Below, piece by piece: positions 1 through 12,039 of a DNA stretch of 64,000 nt (position 1 is its first letter; each line of letters opens with the position of its first letter). Both the position numbers and the translations under genes were made by a program. The notes beneath the pieces were generated by a model that saw only the letters and a program-made list of their open reading frames with translations, searched no databases and was not told the DNA's origin. Where the stretch lies: assembly GCF_020745735.1 (NCBI RefSeq), contig NW_026867444.1, positions 186,001-250,000 on the forward strand. The letters are read 5' to 3'. Origin of the DNA: Hemiscyllium ocellatum (taxonomy: Eukaryota).

Positions 1-2257
1 GAAATTTCAGTAGGGGATTATTTTGGTAACAGTGACCACAATTCTGTAAGTTTTAGAATGCTCATGGACAAAGACGAGAGTGGTTTTAAACGAAGAGGGT
101 GAAAGTGGAGGAATGCCAACAATAGCAAAATTTGGCAGGAGCTGGGGAATGTGGATTGGGAGCAGCTGTTTAAAGGGAAATCCACATTTGATATGTGGGA
201 GGCTTTTAAAGAAAGGTTGACTAGAGTCAGGACAGATATGTCCCTGTGAAAATAAAGGATTGAAATGGCAGAATTAGGGAACTCTGGATGACAGATGAAA
301 TTGAAACTAGCTAAGAGGAAAAAGGATGCATACATAAGGTCTAGGTGGCTGAAAACAGGCAAAGCTTTGGAAGAATATCGGGAAAGTAGGACCAATCTGA
401 AGTGAGGAATTAGAAGGGCTAAAAGGGGTCACGAAATCATTAACAAACAGGATTAAGGAAAATCCCAAAGCCTTTTATTCATACATAAGGAGTTAATGGA
501 TGACTAGAGAAAGGGTTGGCCCACTCAAGGACAAAGGAGGAATGTTATGTGTGGAGTCGGAGAAAATTGATGAGATTCTTAATGAGTGCTTTACGTCGGT
601 ATTCACCAAGGAGAGGGAAATGACAGTTGTTGAAGTTGGGGATAGATGTTTGATTACTCAGAGTCAAGTCAGTTTAAGGAGGGAGGAAGTGTTGGGTATT
701 TTAAAAGGCATCAAGGTGGACAAGTCCCCAGGTTGGGATGGGATAGACCCTAGCTTACTGAGGGAAACGAGAGGGGAAATAGTTGGGTCCTTAACAGATA
801 TCTTCGTAGCAACCTTGAACATGGATGAGGTCCCAGAGGACTGGAGAATTGCTCATGTTTAAGAAGGGTAGCCAGTATAATCCAGGTAACTATCAACCAG
901 TGAGCCTGATGTAGTGGTAGGGAAGCTGCTGAAGAAGATACTGAGGGGTAAGATCTATTTACATTTGGAAGAAAATTGACTTATCAGTTATGGGCAGCAT
1001 GAAGTTGTGCAGGGAATGTCATGTCTTACCAACTTTATAGAAGTTTTTGAAGAAGTGATGAATTGATTGATGAGGGAAGGGCTGTGGATGTCATACACAT
1101 GAATTTGAGGAATGCGTTTGATAAAGTTCCCCATGGCAGCCTGATAAAGAAATTAAAGTCGCATGGGGTCCAGAGTGTACTCACTAGATGGATAGAGAAC
1201 AGGCTGGGCAACAGGAGACAGAGAGTAGTAGTGGAAGGAGTTTCTCAAAATGGAGAACAGGAATCCGTGCTGGTACCGCTCTTGTTTTGGAAAGACATAA
1301 ATGATCTGGAGGAAGGTATAGGTGATCTGATTAACAAGTTTGCAGATGACATTAATATTGGTGGAGTAGCAGATAGTGAAGGGGACTGTCAGAGAATGTA
1401 GCAGAATATAGACAGATTGGAGAGTTGGGCAGAGAAACGACGGATGGAGTTCAATCCGAGCAAATGTGATCTGATGAATTTAGGAAGATCCAAATCTGGA
1501 GTAAACTGTACGGTGAATGGAACACCCTGGGAAAATTGATGGCAAGAGAGACCTGGGTGTTCAGGCCCATTGTACTCTGGAGGTGGCAACACAGGTTGAT
1601 AGAGTGGTCAAGAAGACATATGGCATACTTTCCTTCATTAACGTGGTATTCAGTACAAGAGTTGGCAAGTCCTGTTAGAATTATATCAGATTTTGGCTTG
1701 GCCACATTTGGAATACTGCCCACAGTTCTGGTTGCCACATTTACAGAAGGATGTAGATGCTTTGTAGAGTGTGCAGAGGAGGTTCACCAGGATTGCCTGG
1801 GATGGAGGGTGCTAGCTATGAAGAGAGGTTGAGTAGTATAGGATTATTTTCATTAGAAAGTCAAACATTGAGGGGGGACCTGATTGATGTCTACAAAATC
1901 ATGAGAGGTGTAGAAAGGGTGAATAGCAAGAAACATTTTCCCAGAGTGGGGGACTCAATTACTCTGGGTCATGAGTTCAAAGTGAGAGTGGAAACATTTA
2001 AGGGAGATATGTATGGAAAGTTCTTCACACAGAGAGTGATTGGTCCTGGAACACGTTGCCAGTGGAGGTGGTAGAGGCAGGCACAATAGCATCATTTAAG
2101 ATATATCTAGATAGATACATGGATGGGCACAGAGCAAAGGGAGACAGACCATTGGAAAATTGATGACAGGTTTAGATGGAGGATATGGACCAGTGCAGGC
2201 TAGTAGGGCCGAAGGGCCAGTTCTTGTGCTGTAATTTTCATTGTTCTTTGTTCTTTG
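1..2257 (+). mobile_element. CR1-clade LINE, degenerate ORF2 (linker-RT-3' tail), truncated by window start
   Basis: ORF fragments KSPGWDGIDP, NAFDKVPH, KFADD; ends in (GTTCTTT)n tail at ~2243-2257. Confidence 0.9.
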
Positions 2258-4640
2258 AACTGAGGAAGTTCAAAGGAACAGAGTGATCTTGGGTGCTTCT
2301 CCACTGATCCCTGAATATGGCAAGACAGGTTAACAGAGCAGTTATGAAGGCACAGGGGACACCTGCCTTTGTTATGTCAGGTATTGGTTGTAAAAACAGG
2401 AGGATATGGTGCAGTTAAGCAGAACATTGGTGAGGCCACAGCTGGAGTACTGTGTGCAGTTCAGGTCACCACACTGTAGGAAGGATGTGATTGCACTGGA
2501 TGGGGTGCAGAGGGGAATCACCAGGATGTTGTGTGGGATGGAACCTCTCAGTGATGAAGAGAAATTGGATCAGCTCGGGTTGTTTTCTTCAGAGCAGAGA
2601 AGGTGGAGGGGGGACCTGGTAGAGGTGTATAAGGTTATGAGGGGAATGGACAGGGTGGAGAGAAAGCAGCTGTTCTCCTTCATGGGAGGGTCAATAACAA
2701 GTTGGCTCACATTCAGTGTGAAAGATTGGAGGTTTCAAGATGTTTTGAGGAAAATGTTTTTCATCCAGAGGATGGTGTGCATCTGGAATGCACAGCCTGG
2801 GAGGGGAGTTGAGGTGGGAAACCTCACAAACTTTAAAATGTACTTGGGTGAGCAGTTGAAATGTCATAACATTCAAGCTGTGGGCCTCATGTTGGAAAGT
2901 GGGACTGGTATAGGTTTAGTGTAGTTTGGCTGGTACACAGTTAATGGGCTGAAGGGCCTCCTCTGTGTGATTTTATGATTCTGTTGTGTGCAGTTTTGGT
3001 TTCCTTATCTGAGGAAGGATGTTCTGGCTGTGGAGGGAGGGCAGCGAAGGTTTACCAGACTGATTGCTGGGAGGACAGCACTTAGATCTGATGAGGAACT
3101 GGATCAGTTAGGATTATATTCATTGGCGCTTAGAAGATTGAGAGGAATCACATTGAAACCTTGAAAATCCGAACAGGACAAGACCAGAACAACACAGGGA
3201 GGATGTTCCTGATGACTGGAGATTCCAGAACTACGAGTTATAGTTTAAAGAAAAGAGAAATGTTATTTCAGACTGAGCTGAGGAGACATTTCTTTAGCCA
3301 GAGACTGGGAAGCTAGTGGGATATTCTGTCACAGAAAGCAGTTGAGCCCAAAACATTCAATATTTTCAAGAGAGGATAAGTATATTCTTAGGACTAAAGG
3401 GGTTAAAGTCTATGGAGATAAAATGGGAGCGGGAACTAAATTGGATGATCAGCCATGGTCAGATTGAATGGCAGAGCCAACTTGAAGGGCTGAATGGCTT
3501 CCTCTTGCTCCTAGTTCCTCTGTTTCTATGTTTGAGAGATTGTTCATAAACATGGAAACATATGGAATTATAGAGTCTTAGAGCCATCGAGTCCTACAGC
3601 ACAGAGACAGGCCCTTTGGTCCACACTGGGCCATGCTGACCAAAATGTCCATCCATGCTAACCCCATTTCCCTGCACTTGTCCCATATCCTTCAAATGTT
3701 TCCCTATCTATCTATTTGTCCAAATGTCTTTTAAATGTTGTTAATGTAGCCACCTCAATCACTTCAGCTGGCATCTCATTCCACATGCGTGCCACCCTCT
3801 GTGTAAAAATGTTGCCCCTCAGGTTCCCTTTTATTCATTCCTCTCTAACACTAAACTGATGCCCTCTCATCCTCGATTCCCCAACCCTATCCATGTCTCT
3901 CATGATCTTATACACTTCTAAAAGTTCCCCCACCAGTCTCCTGTGTTCCATGAAATAAGTCCTAACTTGCCTAAACTCTCCCTATAATCAGATTGTTGAG
4001 TCCAGGCAACATCCTTGTAAATTTCTTGAGTACTCTTTCTGGTTTAGTAATATCCTTCCTATAACAAGATGTCCAAACTGAATACAATATTCCAAGTGCG
4101 ACCTCACTGACATCCTGTACAAGATGAGAGATTAGATTCCCTACAGTGTGGAAACAGATCTTCGGCCCAACCAATCCACACCGACCCTCTGAAGAGTAAC
4201 CCACCTAGACCCATTTCCTCTGACTAATGTACCTCAGACTATGGCCAATTTAACATGGCCAATTCACCTGACCTGCACATCAAACTTACTAATCATGCCT
4301 TACAGATTCTCATCCAAATCATTAATATTGATAACAAACAGTAATGGGGCCAGCACTGAGCCCTGAGGCACTCCACTCAACACAGGCCTCCAGTCTGACA
4401 AGCATCCTTCCAATATTACCCTCTGCTTCCTATCATCAAGACAGTGATAGAAAAGTATTTGTCTTTGGTTCGGAATTAGTTTGGAGGTAGGAGACAGAGA
4501 AGAGGGATAACGTGTGTGCTCTCCAATGAACAAGATGTGAATAGTGGTGTCCCCAGGGATTTGTGCAGGGGCCTCAGTATTTCACGATATTTCTCAATGA
4601 CTTGGATGAAGGAATAGAGAGCCAATTATCCAAGATTGCT
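2258..4640. mobile_element. Mosaic of CR1 3' fragments (2258-2982 +, 2983-3532 +, 3552-4124 -, 4284-4445 -, 4480-4640 +) and a partial SINE (4127-4283 -)
   Basis: [25 protein letters not shown]-type peptides; recurrent CR1 3'-end text gggctgaagggcct; SINE text gattagattccctacagtgtgg. Confidence 0.8.
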
Positions 4641-4644
4641 GACC

Positions 4645-5085
4645 ACACGGAGTGAGGCAGCTTGGAGGAGGTTACAGAGATAGGGAGAGTGGAGGGCAGA
4701 GAGGGATTTGAGAACAAGGATGAGAATTTGAAAATCGAGGTGTTGCTCGACCAGGAGCCAATATAGGCACGGGGTGCAGGGGTTGTGGGAACGGGGCTTG
4801 GTGCAAGCTCGGATACGGGCTGCAGAATTTTGGATGAGGTGAAGGATACAGAGGGCAGTGGCTGTGATGTGCATCAGCCATTGGAATGGTCATGTTTGGA
4901 GCCCCATAAACATGGCTGAGATTTTCAGTGGCTGATCTTTGTGATATGAAAGATATGGGGCTGAGATCATTCTCAAACATGAGACCCAGTTTGTAAAGAG
5001 TCTAGTTGAGCAGCAGATAGTGCTCAGGGAGAGGGATGGAGCGTATACCAGGATCTGAAGAGGATGGCTTTGATCTTCCCAATAT
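4645..5085 (-). mobile_element. L2-clade LINE ORF2 C-terminal fragment
   Basis: Minus-strand IQNSAARIRACTKPRSH..LYWLLVEQHLDFQILILVLKSL..SPYLCNLLQ resembles the L2 post-RT motif. Confidence 0.75.
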
Positions 5086-5169
5086 GTTTCACAATGAGCT
5101 TGGCTCCTCAGTCCTGACTGCTCTTAGCTGCTGTGATTGTCACTGATCGGACACTTATTATTAGAGATT

Positions 5170-5325
5170 CTGACCACAGCAGAAAGCCCCAGTGTAAAAA
5201 ATAACTGCAAAGACTGTCAGATCGCAAGGTTGAAACTTCACAAAAAAGAGGAAGTGAAAGAAGGAGCTCGGAGCAGCTGGGTGTTTGTTACTGAGACGGG
5301 AGAAAACTGTGAACCATCTGCACTC
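5170..5325 (+). promoter_or_regulatory. Candidate B-cell enhancer (RUNX + Ets/IRF composite + E-box); copy at ~20438-20590
   Basis: ACCACA 5173-5178, GGAAGTGAAA 5250-5259, CAGCTG 5274-5279 in apparently non-repetitive sequence. Confidence 0.4.
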
Positions 5326-5584
5326 CCTGGAATCTGACAGCACAGGAGGCTGGTTCTAGGATTTATTTTTTGCAGAAACAGCACAGTTTTGGAAAAGGTG
5401 TCAGTCATTCTCTCACAAACACACACGCCTGCACTCGGAGATCAGAAACAGAATCCAGCAGCAGCTCTGTCTCCAAGCTGTGAAACCTGCACAGAATTGA
5501 TCCCTCATTCAGTTTATAACTGGCAGGATAGACCAAGCAGGAGAGGCAACACAGTGGTGTGTACAGTCGGAAGGGAGTTGCCCT

Positions 5585-6030
5585 GAGAGTCCTCACCATT
5601 AACTATGGAACCCATGAAGCCTCATGACAGCAGGTCAAACATGGGGAAGGAAACCTCCTGCTGATTACCACATAGCACCGCCCTCCGCTCCAACCTCAAC
5701 TGAGCAGTCAGTCCTCCTCCATGTTGAACAACACTTGGTGGGAGCACTGAAGGAGGGAATGATGCAGGATATATCCTGAGTAAGGGACTTCAAAGCCCAC
5801 CATCAAGAGCTGCTCAGAAGCATCACTACTGAGCAAACTGGTCACGCTCCACCTGATTCAGCTGCTCGACTGGACCTGGGGCAGTTGGTGAGGGAACCAA
5901 CAAGAGGGAAAAACATACTCACTATCACCCTCACCAAGCTGCCTGCTGCTGGTGTATCTGTCCATGACAGTATCAGTAAGAGTGACCATCGCACAGTCTG
6001 TGTGGAGACAAAATCCTATCTTGCCTTTGA
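5585..6030 (+). mobile_element. APE endonuclease fragment of a CR1/L2-type LINE
   Basis: VREPTRGKNIL..LT.LP...VHDSISKSDHRTV; degenerate GDFN-like motif upstream. Confidence 0.75.
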
Positions 6031-6799
6031 GATTATCTTACATTCTGTTGGGCAAGAGATATGGAATGTCAGAAAGAACTTTGATTTTAGCAGAAATTGG
6101 CAAAGTCTTGGAAATTAGTGCCCATTCAGGTGAGACAGGTGAAGACACTCAGTGATTGCAATGGCAGATTGGATGGGCTCTTGATGGAAATAAACCTGCA
6201 AGGCTCTGAGGGTCGAGTAGGGGAGGGGGTGGGACTGACTGGATTGCTCCATGAAATGACAGCATTTCCCTGACAGGCTGAATGTTCTCCCCCTGTGCTG
6301 GAAATAGGTCTCACTCAATGAGGGGTTCACAATTAGAGAGTTTGGATGCAGTAAATACAGGACAAATTGTTTCTTCAGGCAGGAGGGTCAGTAACCAGAG
6401 GGCACACATTTCAGAAAGAGTCTAAAGTACAAGAGAGAAGATAGGAACATTTTTTATCCAGCGAGTTCATGGTGACTGTCTGCAAGGTGAGTGGAAGTGG
6501 ATTCAACAGCAACTTTCAAAAGGGCATTTGGAGAAATAGCTGAAAAGGAAATAATTGCAGTTATACAGGAAGGGCTGGGGAAATGGGACTCATTGTACTC
6601 ATTTGACTAACAGTCACAATCAGCCCAGTGACCTCTGTCTGTGCTGTATGAGAGCTTACACACACTTAGACTCACCTTTACACAAAGACTGGGAGAAACA
6701 GACAACCCAGTTTACAGAAGAGCGTTTTCTCAAGGGAAACTCTCTTGAACCAACTCAAGGAACAGGCCAGACTAGATTTACTGATGAGGAATAATTCAG

Positions 6800-7270
6800 C
6801 AAATCAATGGCAAGGGAACAGTGAACCAAAGTGATGGGATTGAACAGTATATTCAATAGCACAACCATTGAGAGGGGGAGGGATCAAGGGCAGGAGGTCT
6901 GAGAGCATGCTGTAGGGGTCTGAAGGCTCTGCTGTCAATGGTGGGATGGAGCAAGCAGCAATGAGCAGGAGACCAGAGACAGAAGATGGAAGGGGGAGGG
7001 AGGGAATGTGAGTCTGCAGCAGGACACAGACGGTGGGAGGGGGGAGGCCATAGAGTCAATTGGCTGGCAGTGAGGACAGGGGTCATTCTGGAATGACAGA
7101 TGGATAAGACAGGGAAGAGCCCACTCCATATCAGACAAGTTGGAGTTTATGGAATATGGCTTTAGGAAGCTGGGAGAGGACATTGGAATCATAGAGTTAG
7201 GGGGCAGGACGAGCAGGAATTAGGGTTTCTGTGGTCAAGGGGCCGAGGTAATGCAGAGACAATGTTGTTG
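6800..7270 (-). mobile_element. Degenerate L2-type LINE fragment
   Basis: Purine-rich + strand typical of antisense L2; peptide similarity weak. Confidence 0.45.
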
Positions 7271-7327
7271 AGATTGAAATAAGAGACCTACGTGATGGAG
7301 AGGATGTCGGATTTGTAGCTCAGGTGC

Positions 7328-7462
7328 TGGACAGTCCTGAGGGAAGGAGGACCATGTTTACTAGTCTCTTCTAGAGTATCCAAAGGGAAGGAGGTCCCTG
7401 TTTATTGGTGTCTATTGGAGGTTCCAGTGGAAAGAGGTCCATGTTTACTGGTTCTATGGGAA
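7328..7462 (+). repeat. 44-bp minisatellite, left part (~3 units)
   Basis: Repeating ggaaggaggtccatgtttactggtctct core. Confidence 0.85.
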
Positions 7463-7484
7463 AGTGTCCCAAGTATATATCACC

Positions 7485-8705
7485 AAAGAGTCATAGAGGT
7501 TTACAGCATGGGATCAGGCCGTTCAGCTCAACTCATCCATGCCGACCAAGTATCCAAAACTGAACTAGTCCCATTTGCATGTGTTTGGCCCAATTCTCTC
7601 TAAATCCTTCCTATCCATGTTCCTGTAAGAATGACCTTGAAATGTAGTAATTGTACTCACCTCTACGAATTCTTTAGTCAGCTCATTACACATACACACT
7701 AACCTCTGTGTGAAAATGTTGCCCCTCAGTTTCCTACTAATTCTTTCCCCTCCCAACTTAAACCTACTCCTTCTAGTACTGGACTCTCCTACCCTGGGGA
7801 AAAGACTTTGACTATTCACCTTATCTATGACCCTCATGATTCTATAAACCTCTATAAGGTCACCCCTCAATCTCCTGCATTCCCTGGAAAAACATCTTGG
7901 CCTATTCATCCTCATCTTGTAATTCAAATCCTCCAATCTTGATAACATCCCTGTTAATCTTTCATTTATTCAAACCACTGTCATAACTTCCTCCCTATAG
8001 CAGGGTAAGCAGAAATGTACTGTGTCCAAATGTGGCCTTACCAATGCCTTGTACAGCTGTAACATGATGTCCCAGCTCCTGTACTCCCTGCTTTGACCAG
8101 TGAAGGTGAGCGTGCCAAATACCTTCTTCATCACCCTGTCTACCTGTGAGACCACTTCCAAGGAACTATGTACCTGTACCCCTCGTCTCTCTGTTCAACA
8201 ACACTTCCCATGGCTCTACAATTAATTGTGTAATTTCTGCCCTGGTTTGTCTTCCCAAAATGCAACTCCTTCCATTTATCAAAATTTCCATCTGGATTTG
8301 TTGACGCACTGGCCCAGTTGATCAAGATGACATTGCACTCTTGGATAACCTTCTACCCTGTCCACTATGCCAACAATTATAACGTCAGCCACAAACTTAC
8401 TGACCATTCCTGCTATTTTCTCATCCAAATTGTTTACATCAATGATGAACAACAGTGGATCCATGATCGATTCTTGTGACAGACAGTTGGTCACTGGCCT
8501 CCAGTCTGAAGAACAACCCTCTCTCACCAGCCTCAGCCTCCTATCATCAGGCCAATTTCATATCCAATTGGCGAGCTGTCCCTGGATCCTATGTGAAATA
8601 ATCTTACTAAGCAGTCTACCATCGGGAACCTTGTATTAACTCCCTGTAGACAGAGTGTACTACTCTATCTTTACCTATCTTCTTGCTCCTTCTTCAAAAA
8701 CTCAA
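7485..8705 (-). mobile_element. CR1 3' portion (RT to tail) inserted into the minisatellite
   Basis: SKFVADV, LVRPHLDTVHF, RRLRGDLIEVYRIMR on minus strand. Confidence 0.88.
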
Positions 8706-8719
8706 CCATCTACTCATCT

Positions 8720-9000
8720 CCATTGGAAGTTCCAGTGATTTGGAGGCCCATATTTACTGGTCTGTCTTGGAGGATCCAGTCAGAAGGAGATCCATGTTTA
8801 CTGGTCTGTGTTGGAGGTTCCAGCAGGAAGGAGGTCCATGTTTACTGGTCTTTACTAGACGATCCAGTCCGAAAGAGGTACATGTTTACTGGTCTCCTTT
8901 GGAGAGTCCAGTCAGAAGGAGACCAATGTTTACTGGTCTCTAGTGGAGGCTCCTGCAGGAAGGAGGCCCATGTTTACTGGACTCTGTAGGAGAGTCCAGT
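8720..9000 (+). repeat. 44-bp minisatellite, right part (~6.5 units); copy at ~23984-24264
   Basis: Unit e.g. cttggaggatccagtcagaaggagatccatgtttactggtctgt (44 nt). Confidence 0.92.
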
Positions 9001-9489
9001 GCATCATGGACTCCAAGGTGAGTGTGGGGTTCATTTCCTTTCTGTTGTAACTGTGTAATGGTTCAACCCGTATCCCAGTAAAACACCCTGACTCAGAGAC
9101 TGATCATGGAAAGGGAAGGAGAGGGGTAGGAGAGGGGAAGGGATTGGAAAATGTTGTGAATGGACATGCTGGATCAGGGGGTCAGAGCCTGTCCTGTCCC
9201 TCCAGCTCACACTGATGGCCTGAGGATCTCCTCTCTCTGCTGGGCCTTCATGGAATGAGCTTTGTGTCCAAACCAGTCCCCAGTGAGAACAGGCCAACAG
9301 CACAGAACTGCCCTTCATTTGACAAGAATCTAGGCATCTTTCTGAGAGAGGCCAAATCCAGGTCAATGCGGAAAATGGGGCCTTACTCCAGGAGAAAACA
9401 TGCTTCTGGGGTCAAGGGTTAGCATCCATGAGTGGGGCAGAGAGAGGGAGATTCATCCTGAATTCAACTGCCACAACCTGGGACACTGA

Positions 9490-9550
9490 GAAAGAGAGAG
9501 AAGTGAGTCAGAGACAAAGGGTGAGTGTCTGTACGTGTGTGTGTGTATGT

Positions 9551-9587
<37 letters not shown>

Positions 9588-9925
9588 TGAGAGACATGAG
9601 TATGATTAAAAACAGAATGACAGAGAGGGAGGGAGTACGATTGTAGATTTGGGAATACAGAGAGGGAGGGAGAGAGACAGAGGGAGGTATGGAGAGGAGA
9701 GATAACAGAGGATCGAAATTGAAGCGAGAGAGGGAAGGAGTTATGGAGACAGTGAGAGATGGAAAAATAAAGATTATGAGATGGAGTGAGAAAGCATAAG
9801 TGAATTGGGGAGAGTGGCTATGAGACAGAGTGAGAGAGAGCGAGAACATGAAAGAGATTAATAGTAGGAGAGAGAGGGATAGAGAGAAAGAAGTGGCAGA
9901 TGTGAGACAGAGAGAGAGAGGTGGA
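9490..9925 (+). repeat. (GT)n(GA)n microsatellite and GA-rich low-complexity tract
   Basis: Directly visible. Confidence 0.9.
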
Positions 9926-10815
9926 TAGGTCCTGGTCACCACATTCTGAGAAGGATGTGATTGTACTTGAGAGGGTGCAGAGATTTACCAAGATGCTGCC
10001 TGGGATGGAGGGTCAGCTGTGGGGAAATCTTGGAAAGGTTGGGATTGTTTCCTTGGAGCAGTGAAGGCTGAGAGGGGACATGATAGAGGGGGATAAGATT
10101 ATTTGGGGCAGTGATAGCGTGGGTAAGAAGGCACTTTATATATCAGTAAAGGACTCAATAACCTGTGTCCCAGGTAACACAGACATGGACACATAGAAAC
10201 TCGGAACTGGAGTAGGCCTTTTGGCCCTTTGAGTCTGCTCTGTCATTCAGTATGATCATGGCTGATCCTCTCTCTCAAAACCATATTCCTGCTTTCTCCC
10301 TATTCCCTTCATGCTGTTAAAATGCAAAACAATTATCTCTCTCTTTTTCTTGAATTTATTCAGTTCCTTGGGTTCCACAGTTGTCCTACCCTTTGAGTGA
10401 AGAAATGTTTCCTCATCTCAGTCCAAAATGGTCTACCCTGTATCCCCCTGAGACTGGGTCCCCTGATTCCAGACTTCCCAGCCAGGGGAAACCTCCTCCT
10501 GTCCAGCCCTGTTAGAATTTTAAACATCTCAATCAGATTCCCTCTCATCTTTCTAAACTTGAGTGAGTCCAGGCCCAGTCAAATTGGAGTGAGAGGAGAA
10601 TTGAGGAGAAATGTTTTCACCCAGAGGGTGGTGGGAGTCTGGAACTCACTGCCTGAAAGGCTGGTTGAGTCACAAACTCTCGTGACATTGGAGCAGTGTT
10701 TAGATATTCCCTTGTGTTGCTGTAGCCTCCAGGGTGATGGGCCAAGAGCTGGAGGATGGGATTAGTGTCATTAGATCTTTGTTTACTCACATGGACACAA
10801 TGGGCCAAATGGCCT
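9925..10815. mobile_element. CR1 3' fragments (+, -, +)
   Basis: RGNLIEMFKILTGLDR, FTQRVVGVWNSLP. Confidence 0.8.
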
Positions 10816-10882
10816 CATTCAATGTTGTTCACATCAATGATTCTCAGAGAGAGAGAGAGAGAGCGAGAGAGGGAGAGAGAGA

Positions 10883-10976
10883 AGAGGAAGTGTGAGGGGC
10901 TGACGTGGCTCTCTCTGCCTGATGCCATTTACATAGGAACACCCAGTCAGACTCTCACAGGCTGCAGCTTTATAAA
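10883..10976 (+). promoter_or_regulatory. IgL V promoter (copy 1): PU.1 box, CRE-like site, variant octamer, TATA
   Basis: AGAGGAAGTG 10883-10892, TGACGT 10901-10906, ATTTACAT 10927-10934 (1 mismatch to ATTTGCAT), TATAAA 10971-10976, 61 nt before the leader ATG. Confidence 0.75.
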
Positions 10977-11036
10977 GCAGAGCCCAGTGAAGGGAGAGTT
11001 TATCAGGAACCAGGCACAGGGACAGGAGCACACACC

Positions 11037-11085
11037 ATGATTTCACACATCCAGCTGATCTGGCCCCCGGCATTCTGTGTCGCAG
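11037..11085 (+). CDS. IGKV: Ig kappa-type leader exon L1 (copy 1)
   Basis: MISHIQLIWPPAFCVA+G, 49 nt, GT donor at 11086. Confidence 0.92.
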
Positions 11086-11271
11086 GTACAAATCTCTCTC
11101 CTTCCACCTTGAATCTTCAGCTGCTCTCCATTCCACTCCAATTCCACTGACTTGTGATTGAAGGGAAAATGCTGAAACCAGAAGAATGCTCTTTGTCTCC
11201 AACAATCTCTCATTTGACCGGCTCTTTCTGTGACAGTTCTGACTTCACTGTGATTCTCTCTGACCCCTCAG

Positions 11272-11567
11272 TTATCAGTGGGGACATCATCATGACCGAG
11301 TCTCCCCCGGTGCTGTTAATGGGACTGGGCCAGACTGCAACCACCACCTGGATGACCAGTCAAAGCATTAGCAGCTACCTTGCTTGGTACCAGCAGTGAG
11401 AAGGTCTGAAACCCTCTCTCCTTATCTATGATGCAACAAATCGATTCACAGGAGTCTCCGATCGATTCACCGGCAGTGGATCAGGGACCAGTTTCACCCT
11501 GACAATCAGCAACGTTCAGAATGAAGATGTCGCTGACTATTACTGTCAGCAGTATAGCAGCAGCCTT
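11272..11567 (+). pseudogene. IGKV: Ig kappa-type (shark NS4-like) V exon, pseudogene (copy 1)
   Basis: AG acceptor 11270-11271; [94 protein letters not shown]; Cys23 is TGG (11349-11351); TGA at 11397-11399; no frameshift. Confidence 0.95.
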
Positions 11568-11595
11568 TACAGTGATACAGTGCCATACAAAATCC
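11568..11595 (+). other. V 12-bp-spacer RSS with damaged heptamer (copy 1)
   Basis: TACAGTG + 12 nt + ACAAAATCC; invariant first C of heptamer replaced by T. Confidence 0.92.
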
Positions 11596-12039
11596 TCAAC
11601 ACGCACAACACCACCTTCTGTACTGACACATCCAACAGTTATATGAAATGTATAATAATGGACAAACAGTCCCATCTCCTGCACTGACACATCCATAGTT
11701 ATATATAAAGTAAATTGAACAAATTACCCCATGCTGGGTTTGTCACTGTCCACTACACACTCCAGTCCCTGTGGTGTCCACCGCTCACTGAAGGCCTCAA
11801 GTTTCCCTCTTACACTCCATGGCCACATGTGAAGAACAGCTGCAAAATTTAACAATGAAAACTAAATTTCACAAACCCCCGAGAGTAGCTGGACACAACC
11901 CCGGAAGACAGAGAAAGATAGGCACATGAATGAGGGAGAGACAGAGAGGGGTAGGGAGTGAATGAGATTGACCAAGAATAGACAGAGACAGAGAGAGACA
12001 GGGAGAGGTTGAGAGTGACAGGGGAAAGCAGAGAGCTGA

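Noticed and set aside
8720-9000. CRISPR-like regular array
   Set aside because: Spacers are homologous to each other, there are no cas genes and the context is vertebrate; it is a minisatellite.
9508-9942. 144-aa Ser/Leu-rich ORF (and similar ORFs at 11849-12117, 53011-53377)
   Set aside because: Translations of GA/TC microsatellites.
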